From Mobula hypostoma (lineage: Eukaryota): DNA of 64,000 nucleotides. The notes under the pieces were generated by a model that did not search any database, was not told the DNA's origin, and was given only the letters and a program-made list of their open reading frames with translations. Both the position numbers and the translations under genes were made by a program. The stretch is from NCBI RefSeq assembly GCF_963921235.1, contig NC_086097.1:35404001-35468000 (forward strand), in the 5' to 3' direction. Numbering within the stretch: position 1 is the stretch's first letter; every line of letters starts with the position of its first letter. Below, one piece after another: positions 50,272 to 63,390 of this stretch.

Positions 50272-50624
50272 TCAGAATTTCACTAGGTTCGTTGCTAGAT
50301 TGTTTCCCATCTGAAGACTATTTATTAATTTTGAAGTTCTTCTGTTGAAAGTATTTCCTGCAGATGAGAATGTAATTAAAATGTATCACCATTTAGAATC
50401 TGCAGAATAAAGCTCAAGTAACTTAAAATAATTTTGCTGAGAAGGATTGCTAATTCATAAAATACAGTCCACAAATGAATCAAATTATGTCAATTTTATT
50501 GAGGTTAGACACAACAGCACAGTTAGGTTAGCTCCTTAAACATTTATATTTTTAATTTGCAATGTGAAAAACACATTGTTTGTAATACCTAACTTTTTGA
50601 GAGCAGGGCAACATTTAAAAGTAT

Positions 50625-50990
50625 CATACACCAAATGCTGGAGGAACTCAGTGGGTCAGACGGTATCAGTGGAAATGAACTACCAGTTGACGTTTTGGGC
50701 CAAGACCCTTCAGGACTGGTAAGGACAGGGGAAAACACTAGAATAAAAAGTGGGGGAGGGGAAGGGGGATAGCTAGAAGCCGACAGGTGAAGCCAGGTGG
50801 GTAGGAATGGGGAAGGGCTGGAGAAGAAGGAATTTAATAGGAGAGTACAATGGACAATGGGAGAAAGGAAAGAAGGAGGGCCAGCAGGGGGTGTGATAGG
50901 CAAGTGAAGAGAAGAAGTAAGCAGCCAAAATGGGGAATAAATGAAGAGAGAAAGGGAAGGAAAAAAATTGCCAGAAGGAGAAATCGGAAG
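50625..50990 (-). mobile_element. PLE 3' UTR fragment, old
   Basis: Reverse-complement similarity to 10650-10960. Confidence 0.75.
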
Positions 50991-51124
50991 GCAAAAGCAA
51001 TATCAGCATTTATTTTGAAAGGACTGCAATACACAAAAGCAGGGTTGTAATGCTGAGGCTTTATAAAGTGTTGGTCAGACAGTATTTGGAGAATTGTGAG
51101 CAGTTTTGGGAAAGGGTTCCCCAC

Positions 51125-52690
51125 TCCGCAACGATCACCCCTTCTCCCGTCTCCAACCCTCTTGCTCTTCTTGGACACCCCGCTCTGGTTCTCTGTCTGC
51201 TCTGGATGTTTTCATCTCTAATCACCGACGAGACATCAGCACCAGCATTCCTCTCGCCTCCTCGATCGTCACCCCCTCTGAACACGCCGCCCTCCACTCT
51301 CTCCGCACCAATCCCAACCTTACCATCAAACCTGCAGAGGAACGGAATGTATTGTGATGTGGTGGACTGGCCTCTACCTTGCCGAGGCCAGGCGGCAAAT
51401 CTCAGACACCTCTTCTTACTTACTCCTTGAAAAGGACCCCTCTCCGGACCATCAGAAAATTAGCTCAGACACCATCACTAACCTGATCAGCTCTGGAGAG
51501 CTCCCATCCACTGTCACCGAACTTGTAATTCCCTTACCCCGTACTGCTCATGTCACCCTCCTACCCAGATCCACGAACCTGACTTTCCTGGTAGGCCCAC
51601 TGTCTCTGCCTACTCCTGTCCCACAGAATTTGTGTCCTCAAACCTCGACTCTATTCTATCCCCCCGGTTCAGTCCTTTCCTGTTACATCCACAACACTTC
51701 TCACGCTCTCAATCCCCTCAGCAACTTTCAACTCCCTGCCTCTGACCACCTTATTTTCGCTATGGCTGTCTAGTCCCTGTACACTTCTAACCCCCATCAA
51801 GAAGGAGTTAAATCTCTCCGCTTCTTTCTTAACAAAAGACCCAACCAGCTCCTCTCCACCAGCACCCTACTCAATCTGAAAAAAACTGGTCCTCACACTT
51901 AATAATTTCTCCTTTGGCTCCTCACACTTATCCAAAACCCAAGGGTTGCCTTGGGCCCCAGCTATACCTGCCTTTTTGTTGGCGATGTAGAACAGTTCAT
52001 GTTCCAAGCCTTCCTTGGTAATACTCTCCAACTCTTCCTGCGCTACATTGATGACTGCATTGTCGCTGTTTCATGCACCCATGTTGAGCTCGTCAATTTT
52101 ATTAACTTTGCCTCCAACTTCCACCCTACCCTTAAATTCACTTGGTCCATTTCTGGCTCCTCCTTCCCCTTTATCGATCTTTTTGTCTCCATCTCTGGGG
52201 ACAAACTGTTTACTGACAGTTATAAACCTACTGATCCCCATGGCTATCATGACCCTATTTATTCCACCCTATCTCCTTAAAAATGCTACTCTTTTTTCTC
52301 AGTTCCCTTGTCTCTGCCGCATCTGTTCCCAGGATGAGGTACTCACTTCAGGACATCATCCTCCTTCTTCAAAAAATGGGGTTTCCCTCCCTCCACTATT
52401 GATCCTGCCCTCACCTGCATCTCCTCCATTTCCTGTACATCCGTGCTCACCCCATCTTCCCACCACTTTAAGTGATAGACTTCCACTTGTCCTCGCCTAC
52501 CACCCCATGAGCCTCCTCATTATTCTCTGCAACTTCCTCCATTTTCAGTGGGATCCACCCACCAAACATAGCTTTACCTTCACCCCCTCCCATTCTCCAC
52601 TTTCCACAGAGATTGCTCCCTCCGTTCTTCTCTTGTCCATTCATCCCTCCCCACTAATCTTCCTCCTGGCACATAGCCCTGAAAATGGTA
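51125..52690 (+). mobile_element. Old PLE ORF relic (pre-RT and RT region), frameshifted
   Basis: ALHSLRTNPNLTIKPA, GPSYTCLFVG.VEQ, LFLRYIDDCI, NFHPTLKFT, YKPTD. Confidence 0.88.
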
Positions 52691-53629
52691 CTCTTATTTA
52701 AAAGTATCACTCTCATATTCTAATTTGCTACATTACATTGCATAATGTAAAAATGGCTTTAACACAGGAAGACCAAAAGTGGATTCAGCAGAAATAAAAT
52801 TCCTTTGCCTTGCCTTGCATTTCTTCAGATTTGTTTCTGCATAACTAATTATCACCCTCAGGCCATTTAGCATAAAGTGAGGAAGCAACGGAGAGGGAAG
52901 AATTGAAAAGCATCAAAAGAAAAAAAAATGTGCTTAAAAAATACAAAGGGATAAATAGAGCTACCACGTGCAGATTCCCCTCCGAATTACTTTCAACATT
53001 GTTATGGAAATTAATCGCCATCCCTTTTTCATCAATGGGTCTACACGCTGGAATCCACTCAACAGTATTGTCAGCAAACTTTCAGCAACAATGGTTTGAG
53101 AAAGTCACTGAACAGCAGCTTCTCAAGTGCTTGACAATAAAAGATACCCTTCCCAGCAATGTTTACAACCTGAAAATGAATAACAAAATAGAATTCAATG
53201 AGGCCTGTGTGGAGCGTATAAACAGGAATGGATTGCTTTGGCAAAAAGCTTGTCTTCTTCTAATGTATTCTCTACTTTATTTCTATAGCTTCCTTTACTA
53301 TTCCTGTCATGTACAGTAAAATAATCACTTTCCCCAGGTAAGGCTAAGTTAACAGATCACTCCAATAAACTTTAATACAATAAACTTTAATAAAGCATTA
53401 GATCCTTTTTCAGCTCTAATAAATCTGAAATTTCATTGGCAATGTGGTACTTGCTTAACATTCCAGTGGTAGGAGAATCTTGTGATTAGACCAATCGTTC
53501 AGTGACCCAGATGCATTTTCCTTCATGGGTTATTATGTGGTAAAGATGGATTCTCAGCATTAATAAATAAGCTCCTTGTAATCCCTATTAAGAGCTTATC
53601 TATAAGTAGGGAAGAAATCAATAACACAA

Positions 53630-54297
53630 GAATCTTCGAGTAAGCTAGAAATCCAGAACACACACACAAAACATTGGAGGAACTCAGCAGGTCAGGCGGT
53701 GTCTAGGGGAGGGAAAAGCAGTTGATATTTTGGGCTGGGGCTCTCCGTCAGGTCTGGAAGGGAACGAAGCAGAGGCCAGAAGAGGAAGCGGAGGGAGCAT
53801 AAATTGGCAGGTGAGACCAGGTGAGGGGGAAGAAAGGTGGGTGGGGAATGAGGGATGAAGTAAGAGTTGGGCGGTGATATGTGGGAGGAGTAGTGGGCTA
53901 AAAAGGAACCAATCCGATGGGAGAGGAGAGTTGACCATGGGAGAAAGGGAAAGAGGAAGTGTGCCAGAGGGAGGTGATAGGCAGCTGAGGAGGGGAAAAG
54001 GGGTAAAGGGGGAGCAAGAATGAGAAATGGAAAAAGAACAGAGGGGTCGTGGGGAGAAATTACTGGAAGTTAGAGAACTCGATGTTCATACCATCAGGTT
54101 GGAGTCTACCCAGACAGAATATAGGGTGTTGCTCCTCTAACCTGAGACCTCTAACCGTCGTGGCAGTAAAGGAGGCCATGGACTGACATTTTGGAATGGG
54201 ATTGGGAAGTAGAATTAAAGTAGAGGGCCACAGGGAAATCCTGCCTTTTGTGCTGGATGGAGCGAAGGTGCTCAACAATGTAATCCCTCAATCTACC
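53630..54297 (-). mobile_element. Old PLE 3' fragment
   Basis: LRLEEQHPIFCLGRLQPDGMNIEFSNF*, the 3' UTR and a degraded hammerhead. Confidence 0.85.
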
Positions 54298-54797
54298 TTC
54301 CCCCAGGAGAGAAATCAAGTCAGCAATCACACAAAGAGACCAGTTATCAATTTATCCAGTAACAGCTTTCACCCTTGATGAAATGAAGTGTAAGTTAGGA
54401 CGCCATTAACCCCCACACTCACTGTCAGGTGAACGGCACAGTATTCTAATTTAAAGGAGGAGTGGAGAAACAATTTTGCTGTTCATTTTTCTGGCAGATA
54501 TCTCATAGGGGCTATTATCCATGTTATATTCTGGAGAAAAGTTCAAGCTAGGTTGAAGAAATTGTGGAATAGCCTTGGGTAATTCCAAAGGATGAGTTGC
54601 AAAAGAGGAGCCAACCTTCTTAGCAGCCCTGATGCTGACAATGTAATTGCACATTAAGAGATACTCGCTGTATGTATCAGCTGTGAAGCAGATGGCAGTG
54701 GAAATAGACATCAGTGTAAATTTGGCATGAGTAGAATTTTTTAATAAAGCGTTTAAATGAAAAACAGCTACATATTATTATAAGTGATAGTGATTAA

Positions 54798-56982
54798 GAC
54801 CATAAGACAAAGGAGCAGAAGTCGGCCATTCGGCCCATCGAGTCTGCTCCGCCATTTTATCATGAGCTGATCCATTCTCCCATTTAGTCCCACTCCCCTG
54901 CCTTCTTACCATAACCTTTGATGCCTTGGCTACTCAGATACCTATCAATCTCTGCCTTAAATACACCCAATGACTTGGCCTCCACTGCTGCCCGTGGCAA
55001 CAAATTCCATAGATTCACCACCCTCTGACTAAAAAAATTTCTTTGCATCTCTGTTCTGAATGGGCGTCCTTCAATCCTTAAGTCATGCCCTCTCGTACTA
55101 GACTCCCCCATCATGGGAAACAACTTTGCCACATCCACTCTGTCCATGCCTTTCAATAATCGAAATGTTTCTATGAGGTCCCCCCTCATTCTTCTAAACT
55201 CCAAGGAATACAGTCCAAGAGCGGACAAACGTTCCTCGTATGTTAACCCTCTCATTCCCGGAATCATTCTAGTGAATCTTCTCTGAACCCTCTCCAACGT
55301 CAGCACATCCTTTCTTAAATAAGGAGCCCAAAACTGCCCACAGTACTCCAAGTGAGGTCTTACCAGTGCTTTATAGATCCTCAACATCACATCCCTGCTC
55401 CTATACTCTATTCCTGTAGAAATGAATGCCAACATTGCATTCGTCTTCTTCACCACCGATTCAACCTGGAGGTTAACCTTAAGGGTATCCTGTACGAGGA
55501 CTCCCAAGTCCCATTGCACCTCAGAACTTTGAATTCTCTCTCCATTTAAATAATAGTCTGCCTATTTATTTCTTCTACCAAAGTGCATAACCATACAATT
55601 TCCAACATTCTATTTCATTTGCCATTTCTTTGCCCATTCTCCCGATCTATCCAAGTCTCTCTGCAGTACCAGCCCCTCCACCTATCTTTGTATCATCAGC
55701 AAACTTAACCACAAAGCTATCTATTCCATAATCCAGATCGTTGATGTACAACGTAAAAAGAAGCAACCCTAACACGGACCCCTGTTGAACACCACTGGTA
55801 ATGGGCAGCCAACCAGGATAGGATCCCTTTATTCCTACTCTCTGTTTCCTGCCAATCAGCCAACGCTCTATCCACATATGTAACTTTCCCGTAATTCCAT
55901 GGGCTCTTATCTTGTTAAGCAGCCTCATGTGTGGCACCTTGTCAAAGGCCTTCTGAAAGTCAAAATACACAACATCTACTGCATCTCCCTTGTCTATCCT
56001 ACTTGTAATTTCCTCAAAAAATTGCAATAGGTTTGTCAGGCAGGATTTTCCTTGAAGGAATCCATGCTGAGTTCTGCCTATCTTGTCATATGCCTCCAGG
56101 TACTCCGTAACCTCATCCCTGACAATCGACTCCAACAACTTCCCAACCACCGATGTCAAGCTAATAGGTCTATAATTTCCTTTTTGCTTCCTGGTCCCCT
56201 TCTTAAATAGCGGAGTGACATTAGCAATCTTCCAGTCCTCCGGAACCATGCCAGAATCTATCGACTTTTGAAAGATCATCGCTAATGCCTCCGCAATCTC
56301 CACAGCTATTTCCTTCAGAACACGAGGGTGCATTCCATCTGGTCCGGGTGATTTATCTACCTTTAGGCTATTCAGCTTCCTGAGTACTTTCTCCATCGTA
56401 ATTGTGACTTCGCACACTTCTCTTTCCTGACACTCTTGAGTGTCCGGTACACTGCTGATGTCTTCCTCAGTGAAGACTAATGCAAAATACTCATTCAGTT
56501 CCTCCGCCATCTCCTTATCTTCCATTACAATTTCTCCAGCATCATTTTCTATCGGTCCAATATCTACTCTCACCTGTCTTTTACTCTTTATATACTTGAA
56601 AAAGCTTTTAGTATCCTCTTTGATATTCTTTGCTAGCTTCTTTTCATAGTTCATCTTTTTCCTCTTAATGACCTTCTTAGTTTCTTTTTGTAAGCTTTTA
56701 AAAACTTCCCAATCCTCTGTCTTCCCGCTAATTTTTGCTTCCTTGTATGCCCTCTCCTTTGCTTTAACTTTGGCTTTGACTTCTCTTGTCAGCCACGGTT
56801 GCATCCTTTTTCCATTCAAAAGTTTCTTCTTTTTTGGAATATATCTCTCTTGCATCTTCCTCACTTCTCGCATAAACTCCAGCCACTGCTGCTCTGCCGT
56901 CTTTCCCGCTAGTGTCCCTTTCCAATCAACTCTGGCAAGTTTCTCTCTCATGCTACTGTAATTTCCTTTACTCCACTGAAAT
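54798..56982 (-). mobile_element. Young 5'-truncated CR1 LINE (ORF2 RT), inactivated
   Basis: ORFs 55647-56951 and 54884-55519: KSPGPDG, NYRPISLTS, QHGF, DFQKAFDKV, QGSVLG, FADD, LVRPHLEYC, TRGH. A deletion/frameshift and a stop lie near 55610-55670. Tail (cttatggt). Confidence 0.95.
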
Positions 56983-58069
56983 ACTGAAATACTGAAATTA
57001 AATAGGAAGATACAAAACAGAGAGTGAATTACTCACACACAAAAACAACGAGTAGTCAGAGTGCATCTATGGAGGGGAGTGAACAGCCAACATTTCAGGT
57101 CTAGACCCTTCATGATCTCCAGGATCTACAGAATCTCTTGTATTTATGAGTGGATTAATCAGCTGGGTTTGATATCAAGCAAGAAGGTCATAGAATAAGG
57201 GGAGAGGTTGAGATATGAGCAATGTTAGGTCTGGTGTAGAATAAGAAAAGGGAAGTCAAGCCAGATTTAAAATGATTTAATGAGAAACAAAAAATACCAC
57301 AGAGGAACTGCAGAATGAATCAAAAGAATTGTACAGAAGTTGAAATCACACATCAATAATCCACTCCCTCATTTCCTATGTTACTATTATGGACCATGTA
57401 GAGACATCAAACAATAAATACATAGTTTTGCAATTTACCTCAAAGTGAAATGCATTCTTCATACTTTTTGCTGCAGTTTAATCAGTCCTTAAGGATGGGA
57501 GTAATAGTTGCTGACCTTCAGCAGAAGATCAATGGAAACCCTAGAGAAAATGGAATGGCATTTATTTCCTGCTGGATCATTTGCCAAAGTTAGAGCTTAT
57601 GAATAAAAAAAAACTCCAAGCTCTTTTATTACCAGCGAGCAAGCAATATGAATTTCAAATTAATGAATGCTACTATACTTTCAAAATAAAAGCCATAATA
57701 TTCAGTTGGATGAATTCCATAAATGTATTATATTTGTGTACTATAGAAAGGAGGGAACTGTTTGGTAAGTTCATTAGATGCAATAGGTGCCATCATTGCC
57801 GTCCTTGTCTTGGCAGTGCTCTCAAAATTTGAAATAGGGAATTCCATGATATTGACCATGAAGGAGCCAGTAACCACAGGGAGTGGATTTAATTTAATGG
57901 CTAAAGAACTGCAGGGATAAAAAGCGAAAGAATTTTACTCTGAGAATGGTAGGGGTTGGAATTGATTGCTTGAAAGATAGTAGTTTAAAAAAAGAGAATC
58001 TACTTGAGGGACTGTGACCTCCTGCAGCACTGCTGCCTAAGTACTGGGGGTGGGATTTTCTCCCTCAGT

Positions 58070-58855
58070 AAAGGGAGGACAGGAGGATGAATACAGAACC
58101 CTGGTGGAGGACTTTGTCAAATGGTGCAAGCTGAATCATCTGCAGCTGAATGTCAGAAAGACAAAGGAGATGGTGATGGATTTTAGGATGACGAAGCCTG
58201 CACTGCTCCCTGTTACTATTGATGGTGTGGATGTGGATGTGGATGTGGCGAGGACCTACAAGTACCTGGAGGTGTCCTTGGTCGACAGACTTGAGTGGAG
58301 CACCAATACAAACGTTGTGCACAAGAAGGGCCAAAGTTGCCTCTACTTCCTATGGAGACTGAGGTCCTTTGGAGTACGCAGACCTCTCCTTCACATGTTA
58401 TACCAGTCTGTTATTGCCAATACAATCTTCTACACAGTGGTGTGCTTTGGCAATGGCATAAACATGGGTGATGCCAGCAGGCTTAATAAACTGATTAGAA
58501 AGGTTGGCTCTATTACAGGAGTCAAACTGGACATACTGGAGGCTGTGTTAGAACAAAGGACCCTATGGAAAATCCTGGCAATTCTGTACAATGTTTCTCA
58601 CCCTCTGCATGCTACCTTGGCTGAACAGAGAAGCACTTTCAGTAATAGACTAAGACAAATGCACTGCTCCAAAGGGAGCCATATGATGCCATTCTCTCCC
58701 TTGGTCATAAGGCTCTATAATAAGTCAACCTATAGGCGGGGAATTGACGACCCTTTCCTGTTAGACTGATTAAGGTAACTTTTTTTTAATTCTTCTTGCT
58801 TCTCTCCTGATGTTGAATAACTGTGAGCTTGCAATGCTACTGTGACGCTGTAATG
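58070..58855 (+). mobile_element. Rex1/Babar-like LINE, ORF C-terminal part
   Basis: YRTLVEDFVKWCKLNHLQLNVRKTKEMVMDFR...YKYL...L.WS.N...K.Q..LYFL.RLRSF...SHPLH. Confidence 0.88.
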
Positions 58856-60901
58856 TCTCCATCCGTCTATCTTGACTTGACTGCACTTTCCCAACCTGTG
58901 CAGCTGCAATGTCATCTAATGTCATATGTTTTCTACTTTTCTAAAGAAGTGTAAAGTGTGAGAAAGCAACATGAATTAGAAGCACTCACATTCGCATGAA
59001 ATTGCTGCCTTTGTCAGTCGTGATGGAAGAGTGGGCAGGAGCACAGGTGGACTGGATAACTTTTTCTGAAGTGTTTGTGCTTAAAGGAGAGTTGTCATTC
59101 AGCCTGGTGAACTGAACTTTACAGATTGTAGAGACGTGAACCACCAAATATAGAGTACCCTCGCTCTGAAAAGCTGCTTACTATGTCCATGTGATTCATC
59201 CAGTTAATCTTAAATCAATAGGCTTCAAAGCTCAAAGTAAATTTTTATCGAAGTACATGCCACTGTATACGATGCACTGATTCTGATTCTTAACACCCCT
59301 CAGATTCATTTTTGTGCGGGCGTTCGCAGTAAATATAAAGAAGCAACAAAAAAACACAAGTAGAGTAATAATAATAAATAAATCAGCAATAAATTTTGAG
59401 AACATGAGACGAAGAGTCCTTGGAAGTGAGTCCATAGATTGTGGGAATAACTCAGTGTTGGGCTTCTAGATATTACCAATATACTCTCCGCAGCAAAGGT
59501 TATGGATGAACCCACGTCTGAACGTTGACTAGGAAACCTAGCTCCCCATCCCTCTTTTTCCTCAGCTACTTTTTTGCACTTGTTCATAACTAATTTTGCA
59601 CTAGATTTTAAATTTGGTACATTGAAGATGGCATTAAGGTTATGTAGCAGCAGAAGGCAATCCAATAACACTTAGCAGACGGAGTTTATGTTTGTTTTTA
59701 AGGAAAGCTTGCCTAGATTTCAGTATAAGCTTTGGCACTCTTTAAAATTTGGGAAACTGTTGTTCACCATGAAAGTAATTTAAATTATTCCAGTCAAAAT
59801 GATACCCTTACCCTAGAATTGTGGTATTATTTTATGCAAATGGGCAAACATCACCACAGACAAATCAGAACTTTGAATTCATGAAGCCACATGACACTAG
59901 ACCACAGTTAAATGCTCATAACTCATAGCAAGTCATTGGAGCAGATCTTGGAGCTCACAAAAAATGCAAGAACTTCGATACCGGAATGTAGCTTTGAGCA
60001 CAGATTGACTATTCAGTTCTGCTGTCTGGAAGGTTTATGGGTTCTCTGGCTGATGTGAGATGCTTGGGGGTGAGAATTCATCTTCAGCATTTGATTGTGC
60101 AGATTTATAACTGACTCAGCGAGTGGTGCTACCTACACGTGATTCACAAAAAGAGTTATTAGCTGGATAATGTGAACCGATACCATGTTCATTCAAAAAC
60201 TGCTGCAATTTTAGTGGAAGCTTAGTTTTTAAAAATAATTTTTTTGTAATATGCATATCAATGGCGAGTTCAATATTTCCCTTATGTTGCCTGAATGAAA
60301 AAGACTGCTGGATCACTTTAGAGGGCAAAAAGAGAGGGATGTGGAGTCATAACACTCAGCTGAGGTAAACTTGACAAACTTCCAAAGATATTACTGAATC
60401 AGGTTGGCTTAGCAACAATCCCATAGTTTTATGGTCTGAGAGTAGCTTTTTATTTCAGATTTATTTCATTTCTTAATATTAATGTTCTCAACCACCAGAT
60501 TGGGATTTAAACATACAAGCTTATAAGAACATAAGAAAATAGGAACAGGAGGCCACTTGGCCCTTTGAGACTGTTCTGCCATTCATAAGAATCATGACTA
60601 ACTTCAGTATCATTTTCCATCACATTACCCATGACCCCTGAATTCCTTAATATCCAGAAATCTGTTCATTTGTGTTTTGAATGAACATAATGTCTGAGTC
60701 TCCACAGCCCTCTGAGTCACAGATTAGTACAAAGGTTCACCACATTCTGAGTGAAGACATTTCTCCTCCTCTCAGTTCTAAATGAAACTGTGCCACATGG
60801 TCCATAACTCCTCAATCAAGGGATACGTCCTCCCTGCATCTATCTTCCAGAGCCTACTGAGAAATTACATTTTGATGAGACCTCCTTTCATTTTTCTAAA
60901 C

Positions 60902-61943
60902 CAGGGATGGCCAACCTATGGCGCATGTGCCAAAAGTGGCACATTGGATGATTAGAAGCGACGCATTGCACCCCAGCGATGATAATAAAAAAGTAAACCT
61001 GCTCATGCAAAAAGTATTAACCAAAAAGCGATTTGTAGAAAAAAATCTATAACAGGAATTCAAGTAGCTTAGAGCTAGAAATGGGTTTTACTGAGAATAA
61101 ATCTAAAATTTAGCAATTATTTTTAGCAATTTTATTATTTTGTTCACATCTTTTGGTGAATGTTATCTTCTTTCACATTAATCTGTTTTCAATTTTAAAA
61201 AAATGTTCAATGAATCAAACTAGGAAAGAAGGACTTTTGTTCTGCAGTCTTTCCATAACTGTTCAATCCACGTTTGATACTTGTTTGATCCTGAGGCGCC
61301 AGGCGTCTGCACCAGCGGTGTGTCGCAGGTTTTTGCCAGTCAGTTTACAATTGACACTCGCGCGGTACGGAGTTGAGCTTTGTTCGTCCTTTGTGAGCAT
61401 TTTGCAGTTTTTTACTTTTTCAAAAATTAAGCCTTGCTTTTACATTCAGTTACCCATCACAGTGCAAAAGAAAATGAGCAAAAGATAAGCAGAAAGTGAT
61501 AGTAAACGTGAATTCAATGAACAGTGGGAAAATGAGTTCTTATTTATAGTGGGACCATCAGGAAAACTGTTGTGCGTTGTTTGTGAAAACACTTTCTCAC
61601 ATTATAAAAGACATGATCTTAATAGACACTATAAAACACAACATCAGACTGAAATAGAAGGAAAACTGAAGCTAGTGCTTGGGTCTGAGTTACAGAAAGA
61701 ATATGTGATTAAGGAAAAGGAAGAAATCAAAAGAATACAAAATATATTTGTTAAAAGTCTCGTTAAGGTAAGTAATGTTTATCTTGTTTTTATATTAAAT
61801 TAATATATCATGTAAAAATACTAAACATGTCTATACTAACATATTTTTACAAGAATTGAATGGGGGCACAAGAGTTGTATGGCGCATCTGAACTCGTGCA
61901 TGAAAAAATTGACGCATGGAATGTAAAAGGTTGGCCACCCCTG
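60902..61943 (+). mobile_element. hAT (Charlie/SPIN-like) internally deleted DNA transposon
   Basis: TIRs CAGGGATGGCCAACCT / AGGTTGGCCACCCCTG (1 mismatch). 8-bp TSD TTCTAAAC at 60894-60901 and 61944-61951. Confidence 0.93.
61474..61803 (+). pseudogene. hAT transposase N-terminal zinc-finger remnant
   Basis: MSKR*...REFNEQWENEFLF...KLLCVVCENTFSHYKRHDLNRHYKTQH, a SPIN/Charlie/GTF2IRD2-type BED-like finger. Stop at codon 5; catalytic domain absent. Confidence 0.85.
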
Positions 61944-61951
61944 TTCTAAAC

Positions 61952-62031
61952 CATGGTTTCCCAACCTTTTTTATGTCATGGACCAATACCATTAATCAAG
62001 ATGTCTGTGGACCCCAGGTCAGGAACCCCTG
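61952..62031. mobile_element. 80-bp hAT-type MITE
   Basis: CATGGTTTCCCAACCT...AGGTCAGGAACCCCTG. Second copy in inverse orientation at 32615-32694. Confidence 0.8.
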
Positions 62032-62691
62032 GGAGAATACAGTTCCAGTCTGCTCAATCCCTGTCATAAAGTAAATGAGTGGTACTGGTCTAGAGAATCC
62101 TCAGGTTGACAGTTCCCTCTTTCTCTCCCCTTCTTTACTTAATTAGTTGGCTTCTCCCGGTTTGCCAAGTAGGAAACAAGAACAAAATTGTACACACCAG
62201 TCCAAATGGGGTCTCATAAAGATCATTTGCAATTGAAGTAAGACTTCCAAATTCCAGAATTAAAATCCCTGCGTAATGAGTGCTGGCATACCATTTGCCT
62301 TTGTACAGGTATTTTGATCACCAGTGTACAAGTACAGCCTGTTCCCTTTGAAATTCAACACTACCTAAAAGCTCACCATTTATCAAATATTCTGCTTTTA
62401 TTTGCACCGAAGCTAATAACTCATTTTGCACATTACATTCCATCTGTCACATTCACTCCCACTTATTTAATTTGTTCATATTCCCTTTAAGCCCTTTTAC
62501 ATCATCCTTCGTACTGACAATCCCACCTCTTTTAGTACTATCAATAAACCTGGAAATATGGCATTTGATCCCTTAGGCAAATTGCTGATATAAGTTGTAA
62601 ACAACTGAGGCTCAGCATCCTTTCTTGCAATATTCTACCTTTCACAGCCTGGCATCCATCTATCTTCTCCCTTTGCTTCCTGTCCAACAAC

Positions 62692-63390
62692 TGAATGCCA
62701 CAGAACAGAGAGACCTAGGGGTTCGGGTACATGGTTTCCTGAAAGCATCGCCACAGGTAGATGGTGGTGAAGAAGGCTTCTGGCATGCTGCCCTTCATCA
62801 GTCTGGGCACTGTGAATAGAAATAGAGATGTTATGTTACAGATTTTTAAGATATTGGTGAGGCTACATTTGGAATATAATGTTCAGTTTTGGTCACCCTA
62901 CTGTAGGAAAGATGGCTTAACACTGGAGAGAGTGCACAAGAGATTGATGATGAAGTTGCCAGGACTCACAAGACTGAGTTAGGGAGAGAGATTGAGCAAA
63001 TTGGAACTCTTTTCATTAAAAGTATAGGAGAATGAGGGGTGACCTTACACCGAAGTATAAAATTATGAGGGGTAATCTTATACAAATATATAAAATTATG
63101 AGGGGCATGGATCGTGAAAGAACACAGCCCCCATGCTGTGGAATCATGAACTAGGTGTAAGGTGAGAGTGGATACATTTAAGAGGAACCTGAAGGGCAGT
63201 TTATTTCAAACAGAGGACGGTCAAATTGGGGCAGGTACATTAACAAAAGTTAAAAGTTACTTAGAAAGGTACATGGATAAAGAAGGTTTTAAAGGGAGTT
63301 GGGTCAAATACAAATAAGTGGGACTAGCTTTGGTGGGAATCTTGGTTTGCTTGGACAGGTGGACTGAAGGACCTGTTTCCATGCCTACAA
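62692..63390 (+). mobile_element. CR1 3' fragment
   Basis: RDLGVRVH, VKKASGML.FI, LVRLHLEYNVQFWSP..RKD..TLERV. Confidence 0.85.

Larger units (their letters stand above)
60525..62690 (-). mobile_element. Old antisense CR1 hosting the hAT elements
   Basis: Antisense CR1 tail cataagaaaataggaacagga...; CR1-like sequence resumes after 62031. Confidence 0.7.

Noticed and set aside
54498..54578. Possible plus-strand exon encoding a hydrophobic peptide (YLIGAIIHVIFWRK...)
   Set aside because: Short, weak donor and unrecognised; cannot be supported without RNA data.
54884..56951. Active CR1 ORF2
   Set aside because: 5'-truncated (no endonuclease), with a frameshifting deletion and a stop just after FADD.
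56975..56998. ACTGAAAT x3 at the CR1 5' junction (and a ~35-bp duplication at ~63040-63105)
   Set aside because: Ordinary slippage or junction duplications with no sign of function.
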